From contig NC_068999.1 of the NCBI RefSeq assembly GCF_001194135.2, forward strand, positions 20,668,836 through 20,732,835: a stretch of 64,000 nucleotides of DNA, written 5' to 3'. Numbering within the stretch: position 1 is the stretch's first letter; each line of letters starts with the position of its first letter. The notes beneath the pieces were generated by a model. The model was given only the letters and a program-made list of their open reading frames with translations. It was not told the origin of the DNA and ran no database searches. The stretch comes from Octopus bimaculoides (taxonomy: Eukaryota). Made by a program: the position numbers and the translations under genes. This document shows, one piece after another, positions 53,231-64,000 of this stretch.

Positions 53231-53307
53231 ATATTATCGTTGTTGTTGTTGCGCCTGCTGCCACTGCTGCTGCTGCTGCTGCTGCTGCTGTTGTTGTTGG
53301 TGTTGCT

Positions 53308-53505
53308 TAAGGTTGTGCGCTGGCAGTAGATTTAGCACGTCGAGCAAAATGCATTGCGGTATTTCTTTGATCTTTGTGTTCTAATTTCAAAATCTACCAA
53401 GGTCAAAATTCGGCGTCGATAAAACATGTACCATTTGAACACTGGATCGATATCCTCGATTCCTCCCACCCCAGAAAATTGCTAACATTGTGTCAAGATA
53501 AGAAA
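53308..53505 (+). mobile_element. Degenerate SINE-A
   Basis: taaggttgtgcgctggcagtagatttagcacgtcgagcaaaatgc..cggcgtcgataaaacatgtacca. Confidence 0.8.
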
Positions 53506-54007
53506 GAATGTGTAACATTGTTGTTGCTGTTATTTATTCCGCTGAAGAGGTTAGCTAACACAAAGAAGTTCATTCGTATTTATAATGCTTTAAGGCTACA
53601 ACTAACTTGAATACAACGAAAAACAAGGCGTACAGTGTTCCAATCAAGAAAAAATTAAGAATGTAATTCAAAGTATCACTTCATTTTTAACATTACTTGG
53701 ATATCCGTATTTTATTTACCGTTATATTTCGAGCAATTCATGCCAGCCGAAATAAATTTAACATCCATCATTGAATAGAATATAATACAGAAGCAGTTAA
53801 ACAAAATGGATACTAATTGCTGCATCATTAGGTAACTCTTTCTTTCAGACGATATTTTTATAAACACCTAAACTTATATGAATATACATAAGAAGAAAGA
53901 TCTTACGATGTCTTATGAATACATACATATAATTTACATATTTTAAGTTGTCTGTATAGGTATCAGCAGAAAACAAATTACGCAAAAATATAATGGAGGA
54001 AAATATT

Positions 54008-54200
54008 CTTTTCTACTCTAGGTACAAGGCCTGAAATTTCGGGGGACGGGGCCAGTCAACTGGTACTTAATTTTTCCACCCGGAAAGGATGAAAGGCAAA
54101 GTAGACCCCGGCGGAATTCGGACTGAAAACGTAAAGACAAACAAACTACCGCTAAGCATTTCGCTCGGCGTGCTAGCTTTTCTGCCAGCTCGCTGCCTTA
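54008..54200 (-). mobile_element. SINE-A with decayed 17-bp TSD
   Basis: Same tail type as array units 1 and 3 at 40.2 kb; flanks taatggaggaaaatatt (53991-54007) / taatagagcaacatctt (54201-54217). Confidence 0.9.
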
Positions 54201-54559
54201 TAATAGAGCAACATCTTGTAAGAATAATTTCTTCAGAATAATTCGATATACATAAAAATAAAATATCAAGATTTACACTTTTGTTAAAATATATATCAGA
54301 CATTCCTGAATAGTCTTGATTAACAAAAATATATCACAGTCGTAAATATCCTACTTATATTTTTTATTTCGTCTTCATATAGGGAAACGCAGATGTTTAC
54401 TAAGATAATGTTCTCACATTTTAAAACATTTCTATGAAGAAATAATCTAAAAAAAAAAAAATTATCGCACAATACTCAAAATTTAAAATAAATCTAGCGC
54501 TCATCGGAATCTAAATTGTAACAGCTTTACTTCACATATAGTATCCTCTTTACCTCCCT

Positions 54560-54685
54560 TCTTCTTCTTCTTCTTCTTCTTCTTCTTCTTCTTCTTCTTC
54601 TTCTTCTTCTTCTCCTTTATTATTATTATGATTATTATTATTACTATGATCATTATTATTGTATATGACTTTACTACTACTACCC

Positions 54686-54734
<49 letters not shown>

Positions 54735-54770
54735 CAGCACTACTACGACTACTACTGCTGCTGCTGCTAC
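54560..54770. repeat. Compound (TTC)n-(ATT)n-(ACT)n-(GCT)n microsatellite
   Basis: Visible array. Confidence 0.95.
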
Positions 54771-55084
54771 CAATATTGTTGTTTTATTAATATTCATAAT
54801 GTTATTTACATTCTCAGCGTCCTTCATCATTCTCCTTCTTATGATCCGCCTGCAACTGTTGTTTTTACGTTTTTTCCGACGTTTGTTTTCCGCTTTGAAA
54901 TTCGTTGAGTAAGCACAATATATTACTTCTAAGGATGAGATAACAATAATTAAGCATTTGTCATACAAACATTTACAAGCCCATATATATATATACACAC
55001 GTATGCGTATGTGTGTGTGCATGCACGAGCGTGAGTCTGCGCGCGTAAATGCATGTGTGGGTGTGCGCGTGCGTGCGTATGTTT

Positions 55085-55283
55085 GTGTGTGTGCGTGTGT
55101 GCGTTTGCAAGAGATGAAGTTTTCTTCCGAACCACATGACTCCGGGTTCACTCACACAGAGTGGCACCTATTGATAGTGCCTTCACTAGTCGATCAAAGA
55201 CTTATGACTGGATTTGGTTAGTCGGAAACTGAAAGAAGCCCCTCATATGTGTGTGTGTGTGTGTGTGTGCGTATGTGTGTGTA

Positions 55284-55314
<31 letters not shown>

Positions 55315-55990
55315 TTGTGTGTGAAGGTGCGTGGCTTAGTGGTTAGGGCATTCGGCTCCCGATCGTAAGGTCGTGAGTTCGATTCCCGTCGACGCGTTGT
55401 GTCCTTGAGCAAGACACTTTATTTCACATTTCTCCAGTCCACTCAGCTGGCAAAAATGAGTAGTACTTGTATTTCAAAGGGCCGTGCTTGTCACGCTATA
55501 TGTCACGCTGGGTCTCCCTGAGAAGTATGTTAGGGGTNNNNNNNNNNNNNNNNNNNNNNNNNNNNNNNNNNNNNNNNNNNNNNNNNNNNNNNNNNNNNNN
55601 NNNNNNNNNNNNNNNNNNNNNNNNNNNNNNNNNNNNNNNNNNNNNNNNNNNNNNNNNNNNNNNNNNNNNNNNNNNNNNNNNNNNNNNNNNNNNNNNNNNN
55701 NNNNNNNNNNNNNNNNNNNNNNNNNNNNNNNNNNNNNNNNNNNNNNNNNNNNNTATATATATAAATATTAATGACTGTGTATATGAATGTGTGCATGTGT
55801 GCCTTTGTGTCTGTGTTTGTCCCACACCACCACTTGACAACCGGTGTTAGTGTGTTTATGTCCCCGTGGTATAGGGGCTCGGCAAAGTAGATTGATAGAA
55901 TAAGTATCAAGCTTAGAACAAAAAGTAGTGGGGTCGATTTGTTTGACTAAAACATTTCAAGGCCGCAGTCCAATGACTGAAACAACACAA
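55085..55990 (+). mobile_element. SINE-B interrupted in its internal (TG)n by SINE-C
   Basis: Head ..ttccgaaccacatgactccgggttcactc..gtcggaaactgaaagaagccc; tail gtttgtcccacaccaccacttgacaaccgg..ggccgcagtccaatgactgaaac. Confidence 0.85.
55323..55537 (+). mobile_element. SINE-C (tRNA-derived, CORE/Deu-like central segment), 3' part lost in gap
   Basis: gaaggtgcgtggcttagtggttagg (A box), gagttcgattccc (B box), gtgtccttgagcaagacactttatttcac..ccagtccactcagctg. Confidence 0.85.
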
Positions 55991-56334
55991 GACATAAAAT
56001 ATACCCTCTAGGACAAGATGTACTTTATTCTTATGTGTTTATTCTCCTTTGTACTGTTTTATTCTTTTATGAACTGTGAATTCTCTGTCTGGAACTTTCC
56101 TGCATACACACCTTGTCTCTAATGTGGGAATACCCAGTGCATGGAGACTTTGACCCATCACCTGGGATATCCCAGAAACAGCTGTAAGACATTAATTACT
56201 TCTGCTTCTCCAGTTTTGATTCTCCGTTTTCTAATTGCATATTCTAACTGACTTGAGATACTCGTCCTGCTTTGGTTTTGTTTTCCGTTTCCTTTAATAT
56301 ATATCTGTTGCTTGGGAAGCCTACGACGGATCCC

Positions 56335-57272
56335 TAGCTCTAGCCTTCACAATAAACTTTTGAAAAACTTATGAAAAATATCGTGAAGGGTATGGATTAT
56401 CAAGGTAGTGGTTTACAATATTGAAAAGATAAATTCAAAGGAATATTGACAGACCCTAAACGTGAAGTAGAATTTTTCACTGGACCACAGATCCAATGTC
56501 ATCCACAATTTATCATTTCTATCTAATCTAAATGAGAATGAACTAGGAGCTTGAATTAGGAGAATGAACTGGGAGCTTTTGTTAAAATTTTCAAACATTT
56601 TCTTAGGAGACACAAATTAGAAAACCACCGGGCGCTAGTAGACAACATGCTTAAATCTTATGAAAAACTAGATGCAGAATGTTTTTGAAAATACATTTTT
56701 TTACATTTTCATCTTAACTTCTTCCTGGCCAACCTTAGGGATGTGACTGATGAGCATCGTGGGCAATGTCCAATAACAGGTCTTGGTTATAGAAAACAGA
56801 TGCCTAAGTAACTTCAACAAAAATATGATGGGAGATAATTGGTGTTTCCTGCAGATGGAGAGCTCGTCATCCTCCAAGTGACGAAGGAAGAGGAAACATC
56901 AAAGTTTCACTTAGAAGCAGAAAGTAATAACAAACAATTAACACGATTTGGGTGGATAGTTGAATGCAGGGGTGGTAACTCCGCCAGCGTAATTCCGTTA
57001 TCTGTCTTCAGTCAGAAGGAGCAAAGATATCCTTGTTCACTAATTACTTAAGTATGCTTAACATAAAGGGCGGCACAGAATAGTAGCTTAGAGAGCTTTC
57101 GTAATAGAAGCAGGTGAGAAAAAGTTTAAAATATGGGTTTTCGGTTACACAAAATCTGGACGTGGTATAGAAATTTAGATATGTGATCTGAAATTAGTAT
57201 CAGAAATGTGGTAGCAATCAGTTTTTTACGTGAATGTAAAAAAAAATAATAGTTGAAATTTGCTACCAAGTG
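56335..57272 (+). mobile_element. Chapaev3-like (CMC superfamily) DNA transposon 3' part with decayed transposase C-terminus
   Basis: LMKNIVKGMDYQGSGLQY*KDKF..FTGPQI, FLRRHKLENHRALVDNMLKSYEKL, LKIHFLHFHLNFFLANLRDVTDEH (cf. MSLKIHFLHSHLDFFP.NLG.VSDEHGERFHQ), MMGDNWCFL; putative terminus ..ttgctaccaagtg. Family name is from memory. Confidence 0.8.
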
Positions 57273-57569
57273 TATTTTTAATATATATTTACACTGACAA
57301 AATAATTGTTATTACAATACTACCGCCATAATCAAATTCACATAACTGACCTTTTCTTCCTAAGCATACTTATGTTATTCTTTTCTTCATTGTCTATTTA
57401 GTCCTACAACCTTAGTGCTCATTATGACAAATTCCCAGATGCTTTCGCTTCAATTTAGTTTATACACACACACATGGCTTCATACTATGCAGTCACACCT
57501 CCGTCTATGCGTATGTGTGTTTGTGTGTGTGTATCTTTTCTTTTATCTCTTATCTGTTTCAATCATTAG

Positions 57570-57865
57570 ACTTGCAGAACTCTTAGTCGAGCTGGTGCTG
57601 GTACCTATTCTATCGGATCCTTACTGCCGAATTGCTAACTTGCGGTGACGTAAAAAAAATCAATGCCAGTGGTGGACAACAAATACAGAAAAAAAGGCAG
57701 ACACATAAACGCCTATACATATATGAGTGTTTGCGGTCCTAACGGTATTCTTTCAGTTTCCGTCAGTCAAACCCACTCACACGGCATTGGTCGAGCGGAG
57801 GATGTAGTAAACTCTTGGCCAATATGCGACGAAGTGAGACTGAACTCAGAACGGTGTTGTATGTA
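57570..57865 (-). mobile_element. Degenerate SINE-B
   Basis: tattctatcggatccttactgccgaattgctaac..ttctttcagtttccgtcagtcaaacccactcac..gagactgaactcagaac. Confidence 0.8.
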
Positions 57866-57903
57866 AGTATATGTGCGTGTGCGTTTATATATATATATAT
57901 ATA

Positions 57904-57951
<48 letters not shown>

Positions 57952-58164
57952 NNNNNNNNNNNNNNNNNNNNNNNNNNNNNNNNNNNNNNNNNNNNNNNNN
58001 NNNNNNNNNNNNNNNNNNNNNNNNNNNNNNNNNNNNNNNNNNNNNNNNNNNNNNNNNNNNNNNNNNNNNNNNNNNNNNNNNNNNNNNNNNNNNNNNNNNN
58101 NNNNNNNNNNNNNNNNNNNNNNNNNNNNNNNNNNNNNNNNNNNNNATATATACCATTAAAAGAG

Positions 58165-58612
58165 TGATTTCAAATTTTGTTACAAGGACCGCAGTTTCGG
58201 GAGAGGAGGTAAGCCGTTTATATCGACACCTGTGCTCAACTGGTACTTATTTTATCGAGCCCAAAGTATGAAAGGCAAAGTCGGCCCCAGCCGGAATTTG
58301 AACTCAGAACGTACAGGCGGGCAAAATGCCAAGAAGCATTTTGCCTGGTGTCCTAAAAATTCAGCCAGCTCACTATCGTAGTATTTGATATAATACCGCC
58401 TTCAAATTTTGTCACATGACCAGCAAGTTCGAAGGATGGGTAGATCGATTATATAGATACCAACGTTAACTGGTACATATTTTATCGACCCCGAAAAGAT
58501 AAAAGGCAAAGTTGACCTTCGTGGAGTTTGAACCCAGAACGTATTGATAGGCCAAACGCTGCTGTGCATTTTGCTCATGGGTGGGTAACGATTCTGCCAC
58601 GTCGATGCCTTA
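58165..58612 (-). mobile_element. Two tandem SINE-A copies
   Basis: Two units, each with actggtac..tttatcga.ccc..aaaggcaaagt..gaac(t/c)cagaacgta; junction motif tagtattt(g/a)atata(a/g)ta at 58379 and 58611. Confidence 0.88.
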
Positions 58613-61429
58613 GTATTTAATATAGTATTAAAACATAAAGCAAAACAATATACTTCTCCTATTTTTGCGTCTGTTTTACATTTGTTTACATGTAAGTAGT
58701 GTTTTTATCATCATTTGTGTGTGTGTGTGTGTGTGCGTGCGCGTGCGTGTGGATATATACTTATGTGCATGTATAAATTTGCTAAGATCGAATGACTTAT
58801 CGTAATGTTTTTTCTCTCGACTTTTCAAAGAAAATAAAAATTAATAATACAACTCACAAAGTCAAATAATAGATTCTTTGTAGAATTTACAATTGTTTTA
58901 AAAATAGACAATTTGTAAAAATGAAAATATTTATTTGACGGGGAAAAAATATGAAATCTTAACATAAAAACATAATTTCCAATATTCATTTATTCAAAGA
59001 TATCTAAAATCTTTGGTTTTTGATGTTTCCTAATTTTGTCCCCTCCTTCTCACTTACTCTCTTTTTGATTCCCCCACAATGAGTCAACATGTTTATCTCT
59101 CCCTCTCTCTTATCTTTTCCTTTTTGTCTGTCTGATGTTTCTCTCCCACCTCTCATTGTTTCTCTATCCTTCACCCTCACTCTTTATAATGCTAAGCTCA
59201 TCTATAATTTGATTTGCCTTACATGTTTGGTAATGTATCTGTTCTCTTACACATCTATGCAATTTCGTTTCGTTCTATATATTCCCATTCATCTCTCTGC
59301 ATCTCCTTGTTAATCCGTGTATTCATTCTATTCATACAGTCAAGTTTCACAACTCCACACACATATATGCCTGTATGCATGCACTTATGTCGTTTTGTGT
59401 GCCTATTCACGCATGTATGTATGTATGTATGTAGGTGTGAAACAACATAGAATTGCTTTAAAAATAAACAACATATACAAGTGGAAATATTATGAGAACC
59501 TAAAATAAATTGTCAAACATTAAAACAAAAACGAAATTTGGAATATAGTTTCAAAGAAAAATGTATGTCAGTATGTCTACATATGTGCGTGGGCTTTATA
59601 TGCATGTATGTATATATGCATGCATGTACGTATGTATCTATAGAGGATATATATGCTCACGTTCAATCGAAATATTACAATGATGTTTACGTGACCTACT
59701 TAAATTGCGAATGCTTGCATATGTCTATGTAGACAGACACACACACACGCTTTTATAGAGAGAGAAGAGAGAGAAGAGAGGTAGTAAGATGCAAGAAAAT
59801 TATTCCGCTTATTTGATAACTAAGAATACAATGCAAAACAACATCTGATAATCATTTCATTCTACCTGAATATTTCCAGCAAAATGCAAGTCATACCAAT
59901 ATTCCTGAATACAGTGTATGCTTGCAAGAATTCAATAAGAAAGTATTTTTTTACATAGCATTGTCTTCCGGAGTTTATCTATTAAGAAAACAATATTTTG
60001 TTACAACTATTACAGTAAATATTATTTCTTTGAAGTACAGTATGACTAGCTGTATAACTAGGTACGAATACACAAAAAAGGGGGAATTTCCATCCTTTAA
60101 CATACTCAAGACTTCATAATCAAAGACCTATGATCGAAAAGTCTTTTCATTTTTTACCTAACCATTCGTTCGAGAAATCGTCTTCCGGTTTATTTTCGTG
60201 CCTTCGTCCCGTTCTTCTTCACCATCGTCATGTAACATTGACAAAATAAGTGTTATAGAAAGGAAACGGCAGGATTTAGAATTATTGCGTGGGGTGTATT
60301 TTATTGCAAATCAAGCATGTACAAATGATATTGTCATTGTGTGCGGAGGCTTTATATGTATGTGAATTGCTTGTGTTCAGCCATAAGAAAATATATGTAT
60401 TTCTGTCGTCTGCGTTGACAACTAATAAATTTTGTGAGGATTTGGAGCTGATCCTGGACATGTGTAAAGCAAAATAGCTTGGCAGGTATAAGTAGATTTG
60501 GGGAGAAGAAAATAATGTCAATAACGGTATTCTAAATTTTCCGTTTTGTTGTTGGTGCTTAGTTCAAATTACCTGTTAGAGTAGACCGATGATGAGAATT
60601 ATTCTGGACGTGTGGAGTTTGGACAGATGCTCGGGAAGTGTGAAACATATGACATTCGTAAGTATATGTGTGGAGTAAAGATTTGCACTTTCTTTCCTTT
60701 TTGTTGTTATGGATGAAAAAAAAACCTTGATCAACCTTCTTCTATGACCACTCTCCACTTTTCTATACATACTCTACCTAAAATCTTATTTCCAATGTCT
60801 TTCGCTTCTCAGAGAAGACGATGTGATATAAGAGAAATTGTTACACAAAATTAAAATAGGATATTATAGTCATATGTTCTTAAATCCGAAGCAGATATTT
60901 AGCCTGGAAAGAAGCTTAATTTTTTTTTAATGGCAAAATAGAAAGGATGTGCTTACTGATAGATGCANNNNNNNNNNNNNNNNNNNNNNNNNNNNNNNNN
61001 NNNNNNNNNNNNNNNNNNNNNNNNNNNNNNNNNNNNNNNNNNNNNNNNNNNNNNNNNNNNNNNNNNNNNNNNNNNNNNNNNNNNNNNNNNNNNNNNNNNN
61101 NNNNNNNNNNNNNNNNNNNNNNNNNNATATATATATATATATATAAAATATTTCCAATTACAAAAACCACAAGAAATGCTGTGAATAGCTAATACGTAAA
61201 AGTATCATATCGATTTATTTTATTGTTAGTAAATATGTAGAGTGCTTGAGGAAAAAAATATTTGAAGTATCATGGTTATCGGTCACCATTTAAAAATTGC
61301 TAATGTGGCTTTTGTTTGGTTTTCAGTTCAACCATATTACAGCAGAAATCTGAACAAGTACATTCCAGTCGTCTCCTCCGCCACGACTTTATATTGTTAC
61401 GTCATCTCATATTTTGTTGTTCATAAACA

Positions 61430-61580
61430 AGAGCGAGCTGACAGAATGGCTGGCACACAGAGCAAAACGCTGAATTTCATTTCGACTGTATTTACGTTCT
61501 GAGTTCAAATTCTTCCAGGATCGACTTCCACCTCCCTTCAAAACTGTTCGCCTTCTGCCAAGATTTGAAGCCATTATCTA
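61430..61580 (+). mobile_element. SINE-A, internally deleted and degenerate
   Basis: gcgagctgacagaatgg..tttacgttctgagttcaaattc..ccttctgccaagatttgaag. Confidence 0.75.
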
Positions 61581-61632
61581 ACATGGGAAATGTTTGTATA
61601 CAAATATTGAAGTGTCGAATGGGTGACATATT

Positions 61633-61877
61633 TTAGAAATTCAGAAAATGTCGAACACGAGAGAATAGCAGTGAAAATAGACTTTTAGAAAATCGGGTAG
61701 TACACACTTATAGATGGAAAAAAAGTGGCCAGGAGCCGCAACGGGGAATTGAACTCTATCGATTCCTTGTAGCGTCTGCTGACCACTATTTTCTGTTTAT
61801 CTGCGTATTTTGCCCGATTTTCTAAACGATGTTTTGAAAACTACTCTCCTGCGTTCGAGATTTTCTTCATTTCTGAA
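61633..61877. mobile_element. ~245-bp foldback (MITE-like) element with tRNA-like B box in the loop
   Basis: Arms 61633-61732 and 61779-61877 are imperfect reverse complements, including a perfect 14-bp pair tttagaaaatcggg / cccgattttctaaa; the loop reads gagttcaattcccc on the minus strand. Confidence 0.7.
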
Positions 61878-62882
61878 GTATTCCGTTATCTAACAAATGA
61901 TTATTATGCCAATAATATAGCCCCTCGAGATTCAACGACATCTATATTAACATTCGAGTTCACATCAAAAATCACGATGACCAAATAAAAAAAGAAAATG
62001 AATCTCTATTATATGTTACTTCCCTATTTAAGATAGCAAAGACTGGTTTGTGTGAGATTTGGCTGCTATTTCTGGCACAGTAAATGATCGCGAATTTATT
62101 TCGTTTGTGCGTTTGTATCTGAGCTTTGAGTTGGAGGTCTTCGTGCCCTTTTTGAAGTGGTTATCACCTATTGATGTAATGCCTTCAGGTTCGAGGTTTT
62201 TTCACTTGTTTATGACTAGTTTTTTCCTGCAAGAGATTAGTTAATTGATTAATTTTCAAGTTCTAACGACCCCCACTGCTTTTGTTCCTTGCAGGCAGGA
62301 GCACTGTAAGGAAATGGTTTAAAGGGAAATTCAGTTGCTAGCTTTTTCAGGGTGATAGCAGCATACATTGTTCCTAGATCTTCCGCTTCCTCTTCCTCCA
62401 CTTCCTTCTCCTCGTCATCATCAATTACTGCAACAGCAGAAGCACCCGCAGAGGGGTGGTGGTGGTGGTGGTGGTGGCTGAAGCTACGGCGGCGGTGTAG
62501 GTGATAGTAGTAGTAGTAGTAGTAGTAGTAGTAGCAGCAGCAGCAGTATTAGTTGCTGTTGTAGTAACTTCATATTGTTGTTTAACTCTACCTCACAAAG
62601 ATTCAGATATTTAGCTGAAGTGTTTCTTGAACAAACATATGGAAATATAAACCAGTCTTTCCAATTAACAATTTATCTTTCATATTTACCTTGTAACTGT
62701 CTCAATTTATAGACGGAAGCTATGCTTAGGGATCACCTTCAAGAATAGTTTTAAGCGTGGCACATAATCTGCCGGGTTTTTTTTTTGCCGAACTGCTAGT
62801 TACACGAACGTAAACACGGTAGAGGAGAAACACAACCACAAAATTCACTCACACACACGCACACACAAACACACACACATAC

Positions 62883-62923
<41 letters not shown>

Positions 62924-63595
62924 NNNNNNNNNNNNNNNNNNNNNNNNNNNNNNNNNNNNNNNNNNNNNNNNNNNNNNNNNNNNNNNNNNNNNNNNNNNNN
63001 NNNNNNNNNNNNNNNNNNNNNNNNNNNNNNNNNNNNNNNNNNNNNNNNNNNNNNNNNNNNNNNNNNNNNNNNNNNNNNNNNNNNNNNNNNNNNNNNNNNN
63101 NNNNNNNNNNNNNNNNNNNNNNNNNNNNNNNNNNNNNNNNNNNNNNNNNNNNNNNNNNNNNNNNNNNNNNNNNNNNNNNNNNNNNNNNNNNNNNNNNNNN
63201 NNNNNNNNNNNNNNNNNNNNNNNNNNNNNNNNNNNNNNNNNNNNNNNNNNNNNNNNNNNNNNNNNNNNNNNNNNNNNNNNNNNNNNNNNNNNNNNNNNNN
63301 NNNNNNNNNNNNNNNNNNNNNNNNNNNNNNNNNNNNNNNNNNNNNNNNNNNNNNNNNNNNNNNNNNNNNNNNNNNNNNNNNNNNNNNNNNNNNNNNNNNN
63401 NNNNNNNNNNNNNNNNNNNNNNNNNNNNNNNNNNNNNNNNNNNNNNNNNNNNNNNNNNNNNNNNNNNNNNNNNNNNNNNNNNNNNNNNNNNNNNNNNNNN
63501 NNNNNNNNNNNNNNNNNNNNNNNNNNNNNNNNNNNNNNNNNNNNNNNNNNNNNNNNNNNNNNNNNNNNNNNNNNNNNNNNNNNNNTATATAGGGG

Positions 63596-63630
<35 letters not shown>

Positions 63631-64000
63631 AGACAACATACGGAAGAAAATGGAATGGAGAATAAATAGATGTACTTACAAATTTACTCGTATGTTGCAA
63701 AAAGATGATATTTGTTTGGAAGTTGAAAAGCTCGAAAATTAAATTAAGATAAAAACGAAAAGAACCTACACATGTTCCAGTGGAATACCTTGGATTGTAT
63801 AATCCCTAATGAGGACATAACTGCCTGAATTAACTGTATACACTCACACACATACACAGATATATATATATACTCGAAATAACAAGTAGATAGACAGCCG
63901 ACAACTGATGATGTGTCGTACTTTGTGTTACTTGTCCTGTTTTCAATTTTTCTCTCTCTTTGCGAATTTAATTCATTTGTTTTCGTTGTTTATTGTTGGT

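Noticed and set aside
60562-60657. Candidate plus-strand exon ending in a strong |GTAAGT donor
   Set aside because: All frames from the best acceptor are closed, the peptides are unrecognisable, and there is no neighbouring exon support.

Overview
Eukaryotic, AT-rich, repeat-dense draft-assembly window with 20 N-runs (roughly 10% of bases), most abutting (TA)n. The SINE families resemble those I recall from octopus genomes, so a cephalopod source is likely (inference, not verified). I found no intact host protein-coding gene; nearly all long ORFs in the track are microsatellite or N-run artefacts. Recognisable content is decayed mobile DNA: a Ty3/Gypsy pol remnant (2.4-3.9 kb), RTE-type LINE pieces, a hAT (Charlie/Buster-like) transposase remnant, a Penelope-like element (GIY-YIG plus RT-thumb remnant) bounded by 108-bp inverted repeats (26.1-28.5 kb), a same-orientation nest of R4/Dong-type LINE fragments in (TAA)n arrays (49.3-52.9 kb), a Chapaev3-like transposase 3' end, and many copies of three tRNA-derived SINE families (provisionally SINE-A, -B, -C). 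The most interesting signal is a ~330-bp element at 12.27-12.60 kb. It combines a Pol III tRNA-like head, an (AAT)n spacer and a Penelope-type minimal hammerhead ribozyme, with an inverted partial copy of the ribozyme tail upstream, i.e. a candidate Penelope-mobilised SINE/retrozyme. Other notable signals are three different SINE-A copies stacked at one target site with four copies of the TSD (40.15-40.86 kb) and a sharply CpG-depleted 2.9-kb block (16.56-19.44 kb) suggesting a germline-methylated gene body. All alignments and counts were done by eye.
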